The notes beneath the pieces are model-generated. The model was not told where the DNA came from and made no database searches. It saw only the letters and a program-made list of their open reading frames with translations. A stretch of DNA of 59,208 nucleotides, the filler included. It is 5 parts of 5 records of this genome, joined end to end, with 100 filler letters (N's around TTAATTAATTAA, not from the genome) between each part and the next. Parts side by side here need not be neighbours in the genome. Positions count along the whole stretch, not along the records: positions 1 to 11,395 come from SRR2962707_1381; 4 more parts are not named here. One strand, written 5' to 3'. Below, one piece after another: positions 1-9,790 of this stretch. Numbering within the stretch: position 1 is the stretch's first letter; every line of letters begins with the position of its first letter. The position numbers were made by a program, and so were the translations under genes.

Positions 1-307
1 TGCCAATATGGACCGTTGGAATGAATTGCCTGACAATCTAAAAGAACTGCTGACCGTTTGTATGGAGCAGAGCCATTACCATCGCCAATGGTGGTACTGG
101 GGCGGTGAGTCGAATTTGCGTGTAAATGGCGATAAAATGAAGCTGACAACAATTCCGGATGCGGAATGGGAAACAGTTGAATCTGCTGCCGTCAAATTTT
201 GGGACGAGATCGCGGCTGAGTCACCAACCAAAGCTAAAATTGTCGAAATTTTCCGCAAATATAACTCGGACATGACGAAAGCCGGACGCCCTTATCGCTA
301 TACATAA
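1..307 (+). CDS. TRAP transporter substrate-binding protein (DctP/TakP-like), C-terminal fragment
   Basis: Open frame runs in from the window edge; 'WNELPDNLKELL...' C-terminal helix pattern typical of TRAP SBPs; lies directly upstream of a GS-like/ALDH/Fe-ADH cluster. Confidence 0.7.
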   Translation, partial: ANMDRWNELPDNLKELLTVCMEQSHYHRQWWYWGGESNLRVNGDKMKLTTIPDAEWETVESAAVKFWDEIAAESPTKAKIVEIFRKYNSDMTKAGRPYRYT

Positions 308-395
308 GGCAGGTTTACATTAGTTTGGAACTGGCACCGAAAATTGTGCCAGTTCCAATTGTACGATAACGACCCTAGAAAAGAAGAGATTTATT

Positions 396-1763
396 ATGAC
401 CGGCACCCTGTCATTTGATGCACTCAAAAGCCGCGTTTCCGCAGGCGATATAGACACAGTTCTTGTCTGTCTCGTGGACATGCAGGGTCGGTTGATGGGC
501 AAAAGGTTTCACGCCCAAAATTTTATCGACAGTGCGCACAAAGAAACACACTGCTGTAATTATCTTTTGGCAACCGATTTGGAAATGGCAACGCCGGACG
601 GGTATGAAGCCACGAGTTGGGAACGTGGTTATGGCGATTATGTCATGCGGCCTGACCTTGAAACGATCCGCATTTTGCCCTGGCTAGAAGGCACTGCAAT
701 GGTGCTATGCGATGTGCTCGATCATCACACCTACAAAGAAGTGCCGCATTCACCACGAGCAGTTTTGAAGCGACAGGTCGAAAAACTGCGTTCATTGGGC
801 TTCGTAGCCAAAACTGCGACCGAGTTGGAATTTTTTCTGTTTGAAAAAAGCTATGATGAAATCCGTAAATCCGGCTTCCGCGATCTCGAACCAATCAGCG
901 GATACAATGAAGACTACCACATTTTGCAGACCACGAAGGAAGAGGTCGTGATGCGCCCACTGCGCAATCATTTGTTTGCGGCAGGCATTCCCGTTGAAAA
1001 CAGCAAAGGCGAGGCAGAAGCGGGTCAAGAAGAGCTAAATATTCGTTATAGCGAAGCCTTGGATTGCGCCGAATATCATACGATTGCCAAGCATGCGACG
1101 AAGGAAATTGCTTGGCAAAAAGGTCATGCTGCGAGCTTCTTGCCAAAATGGCATCATCAACGAGTAGGCTCCTCGTCACACGTTCATTTGTCTTTATGGA
1201 CGGTCGATGGAAAATCCGCGTTTTTTGATAAAACCCGCGATCATTCAATGTCCGAAACCATGGGCCACTTTGTGGCGGGCATGATCAAATATGCGCCGGA
1301 CTACACCTATTTTCTGGCGCCCTATATTAACTCTTATAAGCGTTTTGCGGCGGGAACATTCGCGCCAACAAAAACCATCTGGTCAATCGACAACCGCACG
1401 GCAGGTTTCCGTTTATGCGGCGCGGGATCGCAAGCGGTACGCATTGAGTGCCGAATTGGCGGTTCTGACCTCAATCCCTATTTGGCGATCGCTGCGCTTC
1501 TTGCTGCTGGCATCAAGGGGCTAGAAGAAAAGCTGGAACTCGCCCCACAAAGTTCGGGTGATGTTTACAAGAACAAAACGGCCAAAAATATTCCAATCGC
1601 TTTGCGCGAAGCAATAAATACCTTGGATGGATCGACAATGTTGCGAGAAGCATTAGGCGATGATGTCATTAATCACTACGTGCGAGCGGCGACTTGGGAA
1701 CAGGAAGAGTTCGACAAAGTTGTGACCGACTACGAAATCGCGCGCGGATTTGAAAGAGCTTAA
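396..1763 (+). CDS. Glutamine synthetase-like gamma-glutamyl-amine ligase
   Basis: 455 aa; GS motifs DMQGRLMGKR, ELEFFLF, EAEAGQEELN, SSSHVHLSLW, NSYKRF, DNRT, RIECR. Confidence 0.9.
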   Translation: MTGTLSFDALKSRVSAGDIDTVLVCLVDMQGRLMGKRFHAQNFIDSAHKETHCCNYLLATDLEMATPDGYEATSWERGYGDYVMRPDLETIRILPWLEGTAMVLCDVLDHHTYKEVPHSPRAVLKRQVEKLRSLGFVAKTATELEFFLFEKSYDEIRKSGFRDLEPISGYNEDYHILQTTKEEVVMRPLRNHLFAAGIPVENSKGEAEAGQEELNIRYSEALDCAEYHTIAKHATKEIAWQKGHAASFLPKWHHQRVGSSSHVHLSLWTVDGKSAFFDKTRDHSMSETMGHFVAGMIKYAPDYTYFLAPYINSYKRFAAGTFAPTKTIWSIDNRTAGFRLCGAGSQAVRIECRIGGSDLNPYLAIAALLAAGIKGLEEKLELAPQSSGDVYKNKTAKNIPIALREAINTLDGSTMLREALGDDVINHYVRAATWEQEEFDKVVTDYEIARGFERA

Positions 1764-1764
1764 A

Positions 1765-3141
1765 ATGAGCAAATTATTGAAATGCATCTCGCCAATTGAT
1801 GGTTCAGTATACGCAGAACGCCCTATTCTCTCAGGAACTGAAGCCGCCAAAGCGGTGGAAAATGCCAAGGTGGCGCAAAAAGAATGGTCAATGCGACCGT
1901 TGCAAGAGCGTATTGATCTAGTCATGGCAGGCGTAGCGGCCGTTGGCGCAATGAACGACGAGATCATCCCTGAACTCGCGTGGCAAATGGGCAGACCTGT
2001 ACGATATGGCGGCGAGTTTGGCGGGTTTAATGAACGCGCCACCTATATGGCTGGTATCGCAGAAGAGGCTTTGGCCGACATAAATATCGCCGACGATGAT
2101 CGGTTTCGCCGATTGATCAAGCGCGAACCGCATGGCGTTGTGCTGGTCGTTGCGCCGTGGAATTACCCCTATATGACGGCGATCAACACCGTGGCCCCTG
2201 CGCTGATTGCAGGCAATGCTGTGTTGTTGAAACACGCTACACAAACCCTGTTGGTAGGCGAGCGTATGGCAAACGCATTTCACAGCGCAGGCATACCGGC
2301 CGAAATATTCCAAAATGTGTTTTTGGACCATGAAACGACAAGCAATCTCATCGCCGCCCGCAGCTTCGGATTTGTAAATTTCACCGGATCTGTCAGCGGT
2401 GGCATTGCAATGGAACGGGCAGCCGCAGGAACATTCACAGGAATGGGCTTAGAACTCGGTGGCAAGGATCCCGGCTACGTTATGGAAGATGCCGATCTTG
2501 GCTCTGCTGTTGATACACTGATCGATGGTGCAATGTTCAATTCAGGCCAGTGCTGTTGTGGGATCGAGCGCATCTATGTTGCTGAGCGGCTATATGATGC
2601 GTTCGTCGAAAAGGCAGTAGAGATCGTTCGCGGCTACAAGCTAGGAAACCCACTTGATGCGGCGACGACACTTGGCCCGATGGCGCATAAGCGCTTTGCG
2701 GCCGAAGTACGCGCGCAGACCGCTGAAGCGATTGCATTAGGCGCAACAGCGCACATTAAAACTTTCGCCGAAGATGACGGCGGCGCGTATCTTTCACCGC
2801 AAATTCTGACCAACGTAACGCATGATATGCGCGTAATGCGCGAGGAAAGCTTTGGACCCGTTGTAGGCATCATGAAGGTGAAAACCGATGATGAAGCGAT
2901 TGCGTTGATGAATGACAGTGACTTTGGCCTCACCGCATCGCTATGGACCGCTGATACAAAACGCGCGGAAACAATTGGCAGACAAATCGAAACTGGGACG
3001 GTATTCATGAACCGCTGCGACTATCTTGATCCCGCTCTGTGCTGGACAGGTTGCAAGAATACAGGCCGTGGGGGCGGACTATCTGTTATCGGGTATCAAA
3101 ATTTGACGCGTCCTAAATCATACCACTTAAAGAAAGCATAA
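1765..3141 (+). CDS. Aldehyde dehydrogenase
   Basis: PWNYP, FTGS, ELGGKD, GQCCC, EESFGPV motifs; ATG at 1765 one base after the upstream stop. Confidence 0.92.
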   Translation: MSKLLKCISPIDGSVYAERPILSGTEAAKAVENAKVAQKEWSMRPLQERIDLVMAGVAAVGAMNDEIIPELAWQMGRPVRYGGEFGGFNERATYMAGIAEEALADINIADDDRFRRLIKREPHGVVLVVAPWNYPYMTAINTVAPALIAGNAVLLKHATQTLLVGERMANAFHSAGIPAEIFQNVFLDHETTSNLIAARSFGFVNFTGSVSGGIAMERAAAGTFTGMGLELGGKDPGYVMEDADLGSAVDTLIDGAMFNSGQCCCGIERIYVAERLYDAFVEKAVEIVRGYKLGNPLDAATTLGPMAHKRFAAEVRAQTAEAIALGATAHIKTFAEDDGGAYLSPQILTNVTHDMRVMREESFGPVVGIMKVKTDDEAIALMNDSDFGLTASLWTADTKRAETIGRQIETGTVFMNRCDYLDPALCWTGCKNTGRGGGLSVIGYQNLTRPKSYHLKKA

Positions 3142-3144
3142 ATA

Positions 3145-4290
3145 ATGATCCTCAAAGGCAATTGGTCCTACCCTACCGCAATACGCTTTGGCGCGGGCCG
3201 CATCTCAGAAATCGCTGATGCCTGTAAAGCAGCGGGAATTTCCAAACCATTGCTTGTCACCGACAAGGGGTTGGCAACGATGGAGATTACCACCAAGACT
3301 CTGGACCTAATTGAACAGGCTGGTCTAGGGCGCGGCATCTTTTCGCAAGTTGATGCCAATCCAACTGATATCAATGCGCTGGAAGGGATTAAAACCTATC
3401 GTGAAGGCGGCTATGATGGTGTGATCGCCTTCGGTGGTGGCTCAGGCCTCGATCTGGGTAAAGTTATCGCATTTATGGCAGGTCAAAAGCGACCATTGTG
3501 GGATTTTGAAGATGTTGGCGATTGGTGGACGCGCGCCGATGCATCAGCGATAGCGCCCGTCATAGCCGTGCCGACCACTGCCGGAACAGGCTCTGAAGTT
3601 GGGCGTGCGAGCGTTATCACCAACTCCGAAACTCACGAGAAGAAGATCATTTTTCATCCCAAAATGCTTCCCGTAATTGTTATCTGCGATCCCGAACTAA
3701 CCGTCGGTATGCCGAAGTTTATAACGGCAGGCACGGGCCTCGACGCCTTTGCGCATTGTGTTGAGGCTTATTCTAGTCCGCACTATCATCCAATGTCGCA
3801 AGGGATTGCACTTGAGGGCATGCGGCTTGTTAAAGAATATCTTCCACGCGCCTATGCCGACGGGAGCGATATTGAAGCACGCGGAAATATGATGTCTGCT
3901 GCGGCGATGGGTGCGACAGCATTCCAAAAAGGCCTTGGTGCTATCCATGCTTTAAGCCACCCAATTGGCGCACGTCATCACACCCACCACGGGACAACAA
4001 ATGCCGTTTGCATGCCTGCCGTTTTGCAATTCAATAGAGACTTAATTGCAGACCGTTTTGTGTCAGTAGCGGCATATCTGGGCATATCTGGCGGGTTTGA
4101 CGGGTTTTGTGATTATGTGGATGATTTAAACGCGTCAATGATGATCCCCAAAACGCTGACAGACCTTGGTGTCAAAAATCCAGATATAGATTTGCTGGTA
4201 AAAGACGCGCTCAATGATCCAAGCACGGGTGGTAATCCTGTAAAAATGACGGCGGAAAATACAAAACGTTTAATTGAGGCTATCTTGTAG
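3145..4290 (+). CDS. Iron-containing alcohol dehydrogenase
   Basis: GGGSGLD, PTTAGTGSE, DAFAHCVE, HALSH...HHG metal-ligand motifs. Confidence 0.92.
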   Translation: MILKGNWSYPTAIRFGAGRISEIADACKAAGISKPLLVTDKGLATMEITTKTLDLIEQAGLGRGIFSQVDANPTDINALEGIKTYREGGYDGVIAFGGGSGLDLGKVIAFMAGQKRPLWDFEDVGDWWTRADASAIAPVIAVPTTAGTGSEVGRASVITNSETHEKKIIFHPKMLPVIVICDPELTVGMPKFITAGTGLDAFAHCVEAYSSPHYHPMSQGIALEGMRLVKEYLPRAYADGSDIEARGNMMSAAAMGATAFQKGLGAIHALSHPIGARHHTHHGTTNAVCMPAVLQFNRDLIADRFVSVAAYLGISGGFDGFCDYVDDLNASMMIPKTLTDLGVKNPDIDLLVKDALNDPSTGGNPVKMTAENTKRLIEAIL

Positions 4291-4375
4291 CTGACCTGAG
4301 ACCTTAAACCTCCTCTATCTTAGAGTGGAATTTGTCCCAAAAGTTAGGCGATGAATTGTAGTTTAATGCTGCAAC

Positions 4376-4987
4376 CTACTCCGCAGCAGGCACACGCCTC
4401 GCCTGACTGATATGGAAGTTCCAAGCAATGGTCATGTTCAAAACTAGCGCGCCGATGAAGGAATAAACAACGCTTTCAAACGGCAGCGCAAACAGAGCAA
4501 TGCCAAACACGACAGCATCAAAGCAAAGCTGAAACCATCCGGTTTTAAAGCCAGTTTTTTCCTCAACGATAAGCGCCAATATGCCAAGGCCGCCCGCTGA
4601 CGCATTATGCCTAAACAGCGCAATCAGCCCAACACCAGCGCAGCATCCCGCTAGGATGGCAGCCAATAAAGGTGGCAAATGGCTAAAAGACACCCATTCG
4701 ACCAAAAAATGCGAGAGAACAGAAATACTGACCACGGCAAATACCGTGCGCAGTGTAAATTCGAGGCCTCGCCGTTTTAAAGAAATGTAGAAAAACGGCA
4801 GGCTAATCATCAAAAACAAAGCGCCAAAGCTGAGCGGCGTTATATAGGACAGTAAGACCGCAAGCCCTGCCGTCTGGCCGGTCACCAATCCCGCTGATTT
4901 CAAAAACAGAACGCCTAGGCTCGCCATAACAGATCCAAAGACCAGCCCTTGAACATCGTAAAGGGATATTGGAAGTTTCAACTTCAT
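4376..4987 (-). CDS. YitT family membrane protein
   Basis: Hydrophobic protein of about 200 aa with GLVTGQTAGLAVL and HNASAGGLGILAL motifs; start taken at MKLKLP. Confidence 0.8.
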   Translation of the reverse strand: MKLKLPISLYDVQGLVFGSVMASLGVLFLKSAGLVTGQTAGLAVLLSYITPLSFGALFLMISLPFFYISLKRRGLEFTLRTVFAVVSISVLSHFLVEWVSFSHLPPLLAAILAGCCAGVGLIALFRHNASAGGLGILALIVEEKTGFKTGWFQLCFDAVVFGIALFALPFESVVYSFIGALVLNMTIAWNFHISQARRVPAAE

Positions 4988-5140
4988 TCTTAGGCTCCAG
5001 AGCGCTTTTGGGTGATCTTGATGGGCAACCCATCTCACACAGCTCCTATCGGACATTGTAACCGCGCACAATAATGATGGCGCACTTAGACTATCAACTC
5101 TGCTCTTGTTTTCTAAATCCCACGCGTCCATTTATACGCC

Positions 5141-5875
5141 ATGAACAAGCAAGCCCAAATCAGTCGCGACACCCTATCGCAAAGCGCCCGCTTTTGGCCG
5201 AGCCAAGAGCATGAGATTGCGCCTGAATGGCTAATCGCTGATGGTTTGACATCCTATGATGATGCGATCGCATTTATGGAAGCGCGTGTTGCGGCGATAC
5301 GTGAAGGCACAGCGCCAGAGCTTATCTGGCTTGTTGAACATCCCCCGCTTTATACGGCCGGCACCAGCGCCAAGGATGAAGACCTTGTGGACGCAAACAA
5401 ATTTCCCGTCTTTCAAACAGGACGCGGCGGTGAGCACACCTATCATGGCCCCGGCCAGCGGGTGGTCTATGTCATGCTCGATCTGAAAAAGCGCAGAGAA
5501 GATGTTCGCGCATTTGTCGCCGCGCTAGAAGCGTGGATCATCGCAACGCTGGACGAATTTAATGTTCGGGGCGAACGGCGCGAAGACCGCGTTGGTGTGT
5601 GGGTGCAGCGCCCCGAAAAGCCAAGTGCGATCGCCGGAGAAGTCGCCGAAGATAAAATCGCTGCCATCGGCATTCGCTTGCGCAAGTGGGTGTCATTTCA
5701 CGGCATTTCGATCAATGTCGAACCCGATCTTTCCCATTATAGCGGCATCGTGCCCTGCGGCATCACCCAGCACGGCGTGACAAGCCTTGTCGATCTCGGC
5801 CTACCCGTCACGATGGATGATCTTGATCTGGCGCTCAAAAAATCATTTGAAGAGATTTTTGGCCCGTTAAAGTAA
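5141..5875 (+). CDS. lipB: Lipoyl(octanoyl) transferase
   Basis: [41 protein letters not shown] motifs. Confidence 0.95.
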   Translation: MNKQAQISRDTLSQSARFWPSQEHEIAPEWLIADGLTSYDDAIAFMEARVAAIREGTAPELIWLVEHPPLYTAGTSAKDEDLVDANKFPVFQTGRGGEHTYHGPGQRVVYVMLDLKKRREDVRAFVAALEAWIIATLDEFNVRGERREDRVGVWVQRPEKPSAIAGEVAEDKIAAIGIRLRKWVSFHGISINVEPDLSHYSGIVPCGITQHGVTSLVDLGLPVTMDDLDLALKKSFEEIFGPLK

Positions 5876-5914
5876 ACCTACAAGTCGCGCCGAAAAGAAT
5901 CTTAGAACAAACAC

Positions 5915-6871
5915 TTAGACCGGCTTATTGATTCTTTTTCCCAAGCGCTGCTCGCGGGCAAAAACATAAAGCCCTGACCCAACGATGATAAAAATACCCA
6001 GCCATTTTGAGGGTGTCGGAAAATCACCAAAGAAAATCAATCCGAGAATAACCGCAGAGACGATTTCAACATATTGAAATGGAGCTAGAATCGATGCTGG
6101 TGCCAATTGAAATGCCCGCAGCACGATGAAGTGCCCCGTCATACCCACCGCGCCCATGACGCAAAGCATACCCCATTCAAATGTCGCTGTCGGCATGGTG
6201 AACTCTAAATCGTCGACGCCAAACACGTTCCCGAAAACCATCACCAAAACGAGGACACAAAGACTGCCGATGGCAGAATTAAACTGCATGGACCAAATAT
6301 TGTCTTTTTTTCCGACCACGCGGTTAAGCAGCAAATAAGTTGCAAATAAAGCGGCGGTCACCAACGGTAAAAGCGAAACTGGCCCAAGAACCAGATAGCT
6401 GGGCTGCACCACAATCAACGCGCCAATAAAACCAATAATCACAGCAGAAATGCGCCGCCAACCAATCGTTTCCTTGAGAACAAGAACTGACAGCAAAGTT
6501 AAAATAAGCGGTTCGACGAAGAACACGGCTATCGCATCAGCAAGCGGCATATATTTAATCGCCGCGAAGAAGAAAACGCTGGCAATCGCAATCAAGGCAC
6601 CGCGCAGAAAATTCAGCCAAAAACGCTTAGATCGAAGGCTGGAAATACCCCCACCTAAAACAATTCCCAGTGTTGCACTGACGACAAGCAAAAACACAAA
6701 GCGCGCGAAAGTTAGAAAGCCGGGCGACAACGCGCCTGAACTACTCAAGATTTTCGAAGCAATATCCATGCCCGGCAACATGAACATGCCAACAATTGCC
6801 ATCGACATGCCTTTTAGAGGCGAGTCGGGACTGTCATTTGCAGAGGTATTGGTGCTTGTCATATTTTTCAT
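5915..6871 (-). CDS. DMT/EamA family transporter
   Basis: About 10 hydrophobic segments; LKETIGWRR and APASILAPFQY EamA motifs. Confidence 0.85.
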   Translation of the reverse strand: MKNMTSTNTSANDSPDSPLKGMSMAIVGMFMLPGMDIASKILSSSGALSPGFLTFARFVFLLVVSATLGIVLGGGISSLRSKRFWLNFLRGALIAIASVFFFAAIKYMPLADAIAVFFVEPLILTLLSVLVLKETIGWRRISAVIIGFIGALIVVQPSYLVLGPVSLLPLVTAALFATYLLLNRVVGKKDNIWSMQFNSAIGSLCVLVLVMVFGNVFGVDDLEFTMPTATFEWGMLCVMGAVGMTGHFIVLRAFQLAPASILAPFQYVEIVSAVILGLIFFGDFPTPSKWLGIFIIVGSGLYVFAREQRLGKRINKPV

Positions 6872-7048
6872 TTTCTAGCCGTGCCATTATTTTGAGCGTT
6901 AGAAAAGCGCATTTCCAATTAAACCCGTTCTCTCCTGACACCGATTTACTTGCACATGGTTGCGAAACCGAACATAGAAATCAAACAAATAAGCCTGCAC
7001 TTAAACGTCAACAATTTTCAAAGCGTGATGCGCAACAGAGATCGAATT

Positions 7049-7891
7049 ATGACCGACGAAATCGACGCCCTATCTGATGCCTATAATGAGGCGCTAGAAC
7101 TTGAAAAAGCAGGCAATATTGATGAAGCTGCCGCGCTTTATCGCCAATGCCTGGTGCTTGATCCATCAGATATGTGCGGCGCGTCCGTGCGTCTTGCTTC
7201 CCTTGGCCTCGCCGATGCGCCCGCCAAAGCGCCCGATGCTTATGTTGAGATGTTGTTTGACCAACACGCAGAAGATTTCGACGATATTCTAACGGGCAGC
7301 CTTGGTTATGCCGTGCCGATGCAAGTGGCTGAAATTTTGAACGCAACAGCGCCCGGCCCTTATCAGCGCATGCTTGATCTTGGCTGCGGCACAGGCCTAT
7401 CGGGCATGATGCTGCAAGAAAACTGCATCCATGCGACCGGCGTTGATATATCCGAAAACATGGTCGACAAAGCCGATGAGCGGGCCTGCTATGATGAGCT
7501 TTACGTCAATGAAGCTGTGCATTTCCTAGAAGAATGGGCAAAACGCGAAGATCCAACCCAACAACCCTTCGACCTGCTAGTTGCAACCGACGTGCTGCCC
7601 TATTTCGGGGCGCTGGAGAGCCTTTTCAAAGGTTTAGCTGACAATGCCTCAGATGGAGCGACAATCGTGCTGTCGAGCGAAACTATGGGCGACGAAGCAA
7701 TGCAAGGGCGAGATTGGCACATCACGCCAAATCAACGCTATGCGCACTCAGCGACCTATTTAGAAAAACTGTGCAATGAACATGGGTTCACCAATATCAC
7801 GCATTTTGAAACCATCGTCGTTCGCTCGGAACGCGATGTCCCAATTCCGGGCTATTTGGTGATTGCGAATAAGAGCCTAACAAGCCACTAG
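7049..7891 (+). CDS. SAM-dependent methyltransferase with N-terminal TPR-like helix (COG4976-type)
   Basis: AYVEMLFDQHAEDFD, LDLGCGTG, GVDISENM motifs. Confidence 0.85.
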   Translation: MTDEIDALSDAYNEALELEKAGNIDEAAALYRQCLVLDPSDMCGASVRLASLGLADAPAKAPDAYVEMLFDQHAEDFDDILTGSLGYAVPMQVAEILNATAPGPYQRMLDLGCGTGLSGMMLQENCIHATGVDISENMVDKADERACYDELYVNEAVHFLEEWAKREDPTQQPFDLLVATDVLPYFGALESLFKGLADNASDGATIVLSSETMGDEAMQGRDWHITPNQRYAHSATYLEKLCNEHGFTNITHFETIVVRSERDVPIPGYLVIANKSLTSH

Positions 7892-8586
7892 AGCTTGATG
7901 CCGTTGGTCATATCGCGTTTTCCGCCAAATCCGGGCACTTTGGAAACGCTAAAGCCGGCCTCGGCTAAATTACGGCGTACCCAACCTGCCGCCGTATAGG
8001 TGGCCAAGGTACCATGAGGTTTTGTATGTGCGGCCATAAACTTCATAAGATCGAGCGACCACATGTCGGGATTACGCGATGGCGCAAAACCATCCAAAAA
8101 CCAAGCATCGGCAGCGCCGTTCCAATTTGTCATACCATCTAGAACATCTGCCACAATCACAGTCAGTGATGTCTGCGCATCCATTTGCCAAATTGTCGGC
8201 TCTGTTGTCAGGGTTTCCCATTTTTCGGCAAGGGCTGCCTGTTCACTCTCAATTTGAGGCCATGCTGCGACCGACCTTGCCATAATCTCAGCTTCCATCG
8301 GGAACGCTTCAAAGGAAACGAAATGCAAATGCGAATCGGTTTTCCGCTCCAGCTTCCATTGCCGCCACGTTTCGAGAAAATTAAGTCCCGTGCCGAAGCC
8401 CAATTCGCCAATCACAAACGAACCACCCGCCTGCCAGCGCGCTGGCAAGTCATTGCCGCCCAAGAAAACATGCGAACATTCGGCGCGGCCATCGGAGCGA
8501 CAATAAAAATGGTCGCCAAACGCGACTGAAAAAGGCATATCGCCTTCACGAAACTCTAATATATCTCTTGGTAAATCCTGACCCAT
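7888..8586 (-). CDS. mnmD: tRNA mnm5s2U34 methyltransferase (stand-alone MnmC methyltransferase domain)
   Basis: ELGFGTGLNF, DAWFLDGFAPSRNPDMW, ATYTAAGWVRRNL, GFGGKRDM. Confidence 0.9.
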   Translation of the reverse strand: MGQDLPRDILEFREGDMPFSVAFGDHFYCRSDGRAECSHVFLGGNDLPARWQAGGSFVIGELGFGTGLNFLETWRQWKLERKTDSHLHFVSFEAFPMEAEIMARSVAAWPQIESEQAALAEKWETLTTEPTIWQMDAQTSLTVIVADVLDGMTNWNGAADAWFLDGFAPSRNPDMWSLDLMKFMAAHTKPHGTLATYTAAGWVRRNLAEAGFSVSKVPGFGGKRDMTNGIKL

Positions 8587-9720
8587 ATGTCCTCATATCA
8601 AAATACATCGCAAATACCAGCACCTGATTTGGTGATCGTCGGCGCTGGCATTATCGGCCTATGGGCAGCCTACTTTGCCGGTCAGCAAGGCCACAAGGTT
8701 ATGCTGATCGATAAGGGCAAAATGGCGAGCGGCGCAACCGGCGGTATTTTAGGTGCGCTGTTGCCGCATCAGCCAATTAATTGGAATGAAAAAAAGCAAT
8801 TCCAATTGGAAGGCCTGACCTCCCTGCCCGTCGAGATTGCCAAATTGGAAGATGGTACGGGCATCAATTGCGGCTATCGGCAATGCGGCCGCGTTATGCC
8901 CATCGCCAATTCAGAAAAACGCCGCCAGTCCATCACATGGGCCGAAGGCGGCGAAATTCAGTGGGATTCTAATTTTCACTGGCGCGTTGAGGACGAAAAC
9001 CCAGCCAAGGGCTGGCTCGCCGATGTCGGCACCCATGGCTACAACACCGATAGCTTTGCGGCGCGGCTCAACCCAAGGGGTTTGGCCGCCAGCCTCATCG
9101 CCTGCCTCAATGAATTTCCAAACGTCATGATCTGGGAACACTGTCCGGTTTTAAAAATTGAGGACACAGGAACTCTGCACTTTGCCAATGGCGCAACATT
9201 CTCACCTGCTAAAACAATCGTCACCGCCGGTTACGAGGGATTTGATTTGTTAAAACCCATTACGGGCAAAGTAATGGGCCAAGGCGTTAAGGGCCAAGCA
9301 GCCCTGCTCAAGCCAAAGACAGCCATTGATCCAGCCGTGCCGGTGCTTTTTGACAATGGCACCTATGTGATCGCTCATGATAACGGCCTTGTCGCTGTGG
9401 GTTCTACATCTGAGAACACCTTTGATCGCCCCGATAAAACCGATAATCTGCTTGATGACGTAATCGCCAAATCAGCTGCACTCTGCCCTATGCTGGAAGA
9501 CGCTGAAATTATCGAGCGCTGGGCCGCAGTTCGCCCTCGCGCGGCAGGCCGCGACCCGATGGTTGGCGCATTGCCCGATAGTCCCAATATCATTGTGTCG
9601 ACAGGTGGTCTAAAAATCACCTTGGGTATCGCCCATTTGATGGCGCAGGCCGCGCTCGACATCGCAGCTGACAAGCAAATCGTACTTCCGCCCAGCTTTG
9701 CCGTCGAAAACCATTTATAA
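8587..9720 (+). CDS. FAD-dependent oxidoreductase (DAO/MnmC oxidase-like)
   Basis: VIVGAGIIG Rossmann motif, GVKGQ, WAAVRPR; divergent partner of mnmD. Confidence 0.8.
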   Translation: MSSYQNTSQIPAPDLVIVGAGIIGLWAAYFAGQQGHKVMLIDKGKMASGATGGILGALLPHQPINWNEKKQFQLEGLTSLPVEIAKLEDGTGINCGYRQCGRVMPIANSEKRRQSITWAEGGEIQWDSNFHWRVEDENPAKGWLADVGTHGYNTDSFAARLNPRGLAASLIACLNEFPNVMIWEHCPVLKIEDTGTLHFANGATFSPAKTIVTAGYEGFDLLKPITGKVMGQGVKGQAALLKPKTAIDPAVPVLFDNGTYVIAHDNGLVAVGSTSENTFDRPDKTDNLLDDVIAKSAALCPMLEDAEIIERWAAVRPRAAGRDPMVGALPDSPNIIVSTGGLKITLGIAHLMAQAALDIAADKQIVLPPSFAVENHL

Positions 9721-9736
9721 AAGATTGCCTAAAACA

Positions 9737-9768
9737 AAACCGCCCGCTGATTGCTCAACGGGCGGTTT
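9737..9768. terminator. Probable bidirectional intrinsic terminator
   Basis: AAACCGCCCG...CGGGCGGTTT hairpin between convergent oxidoreductase and tig. Confidence 0.75.
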
Positions 9769-9790
9769 AAATTTGCTTAGTTTCTAAAGC

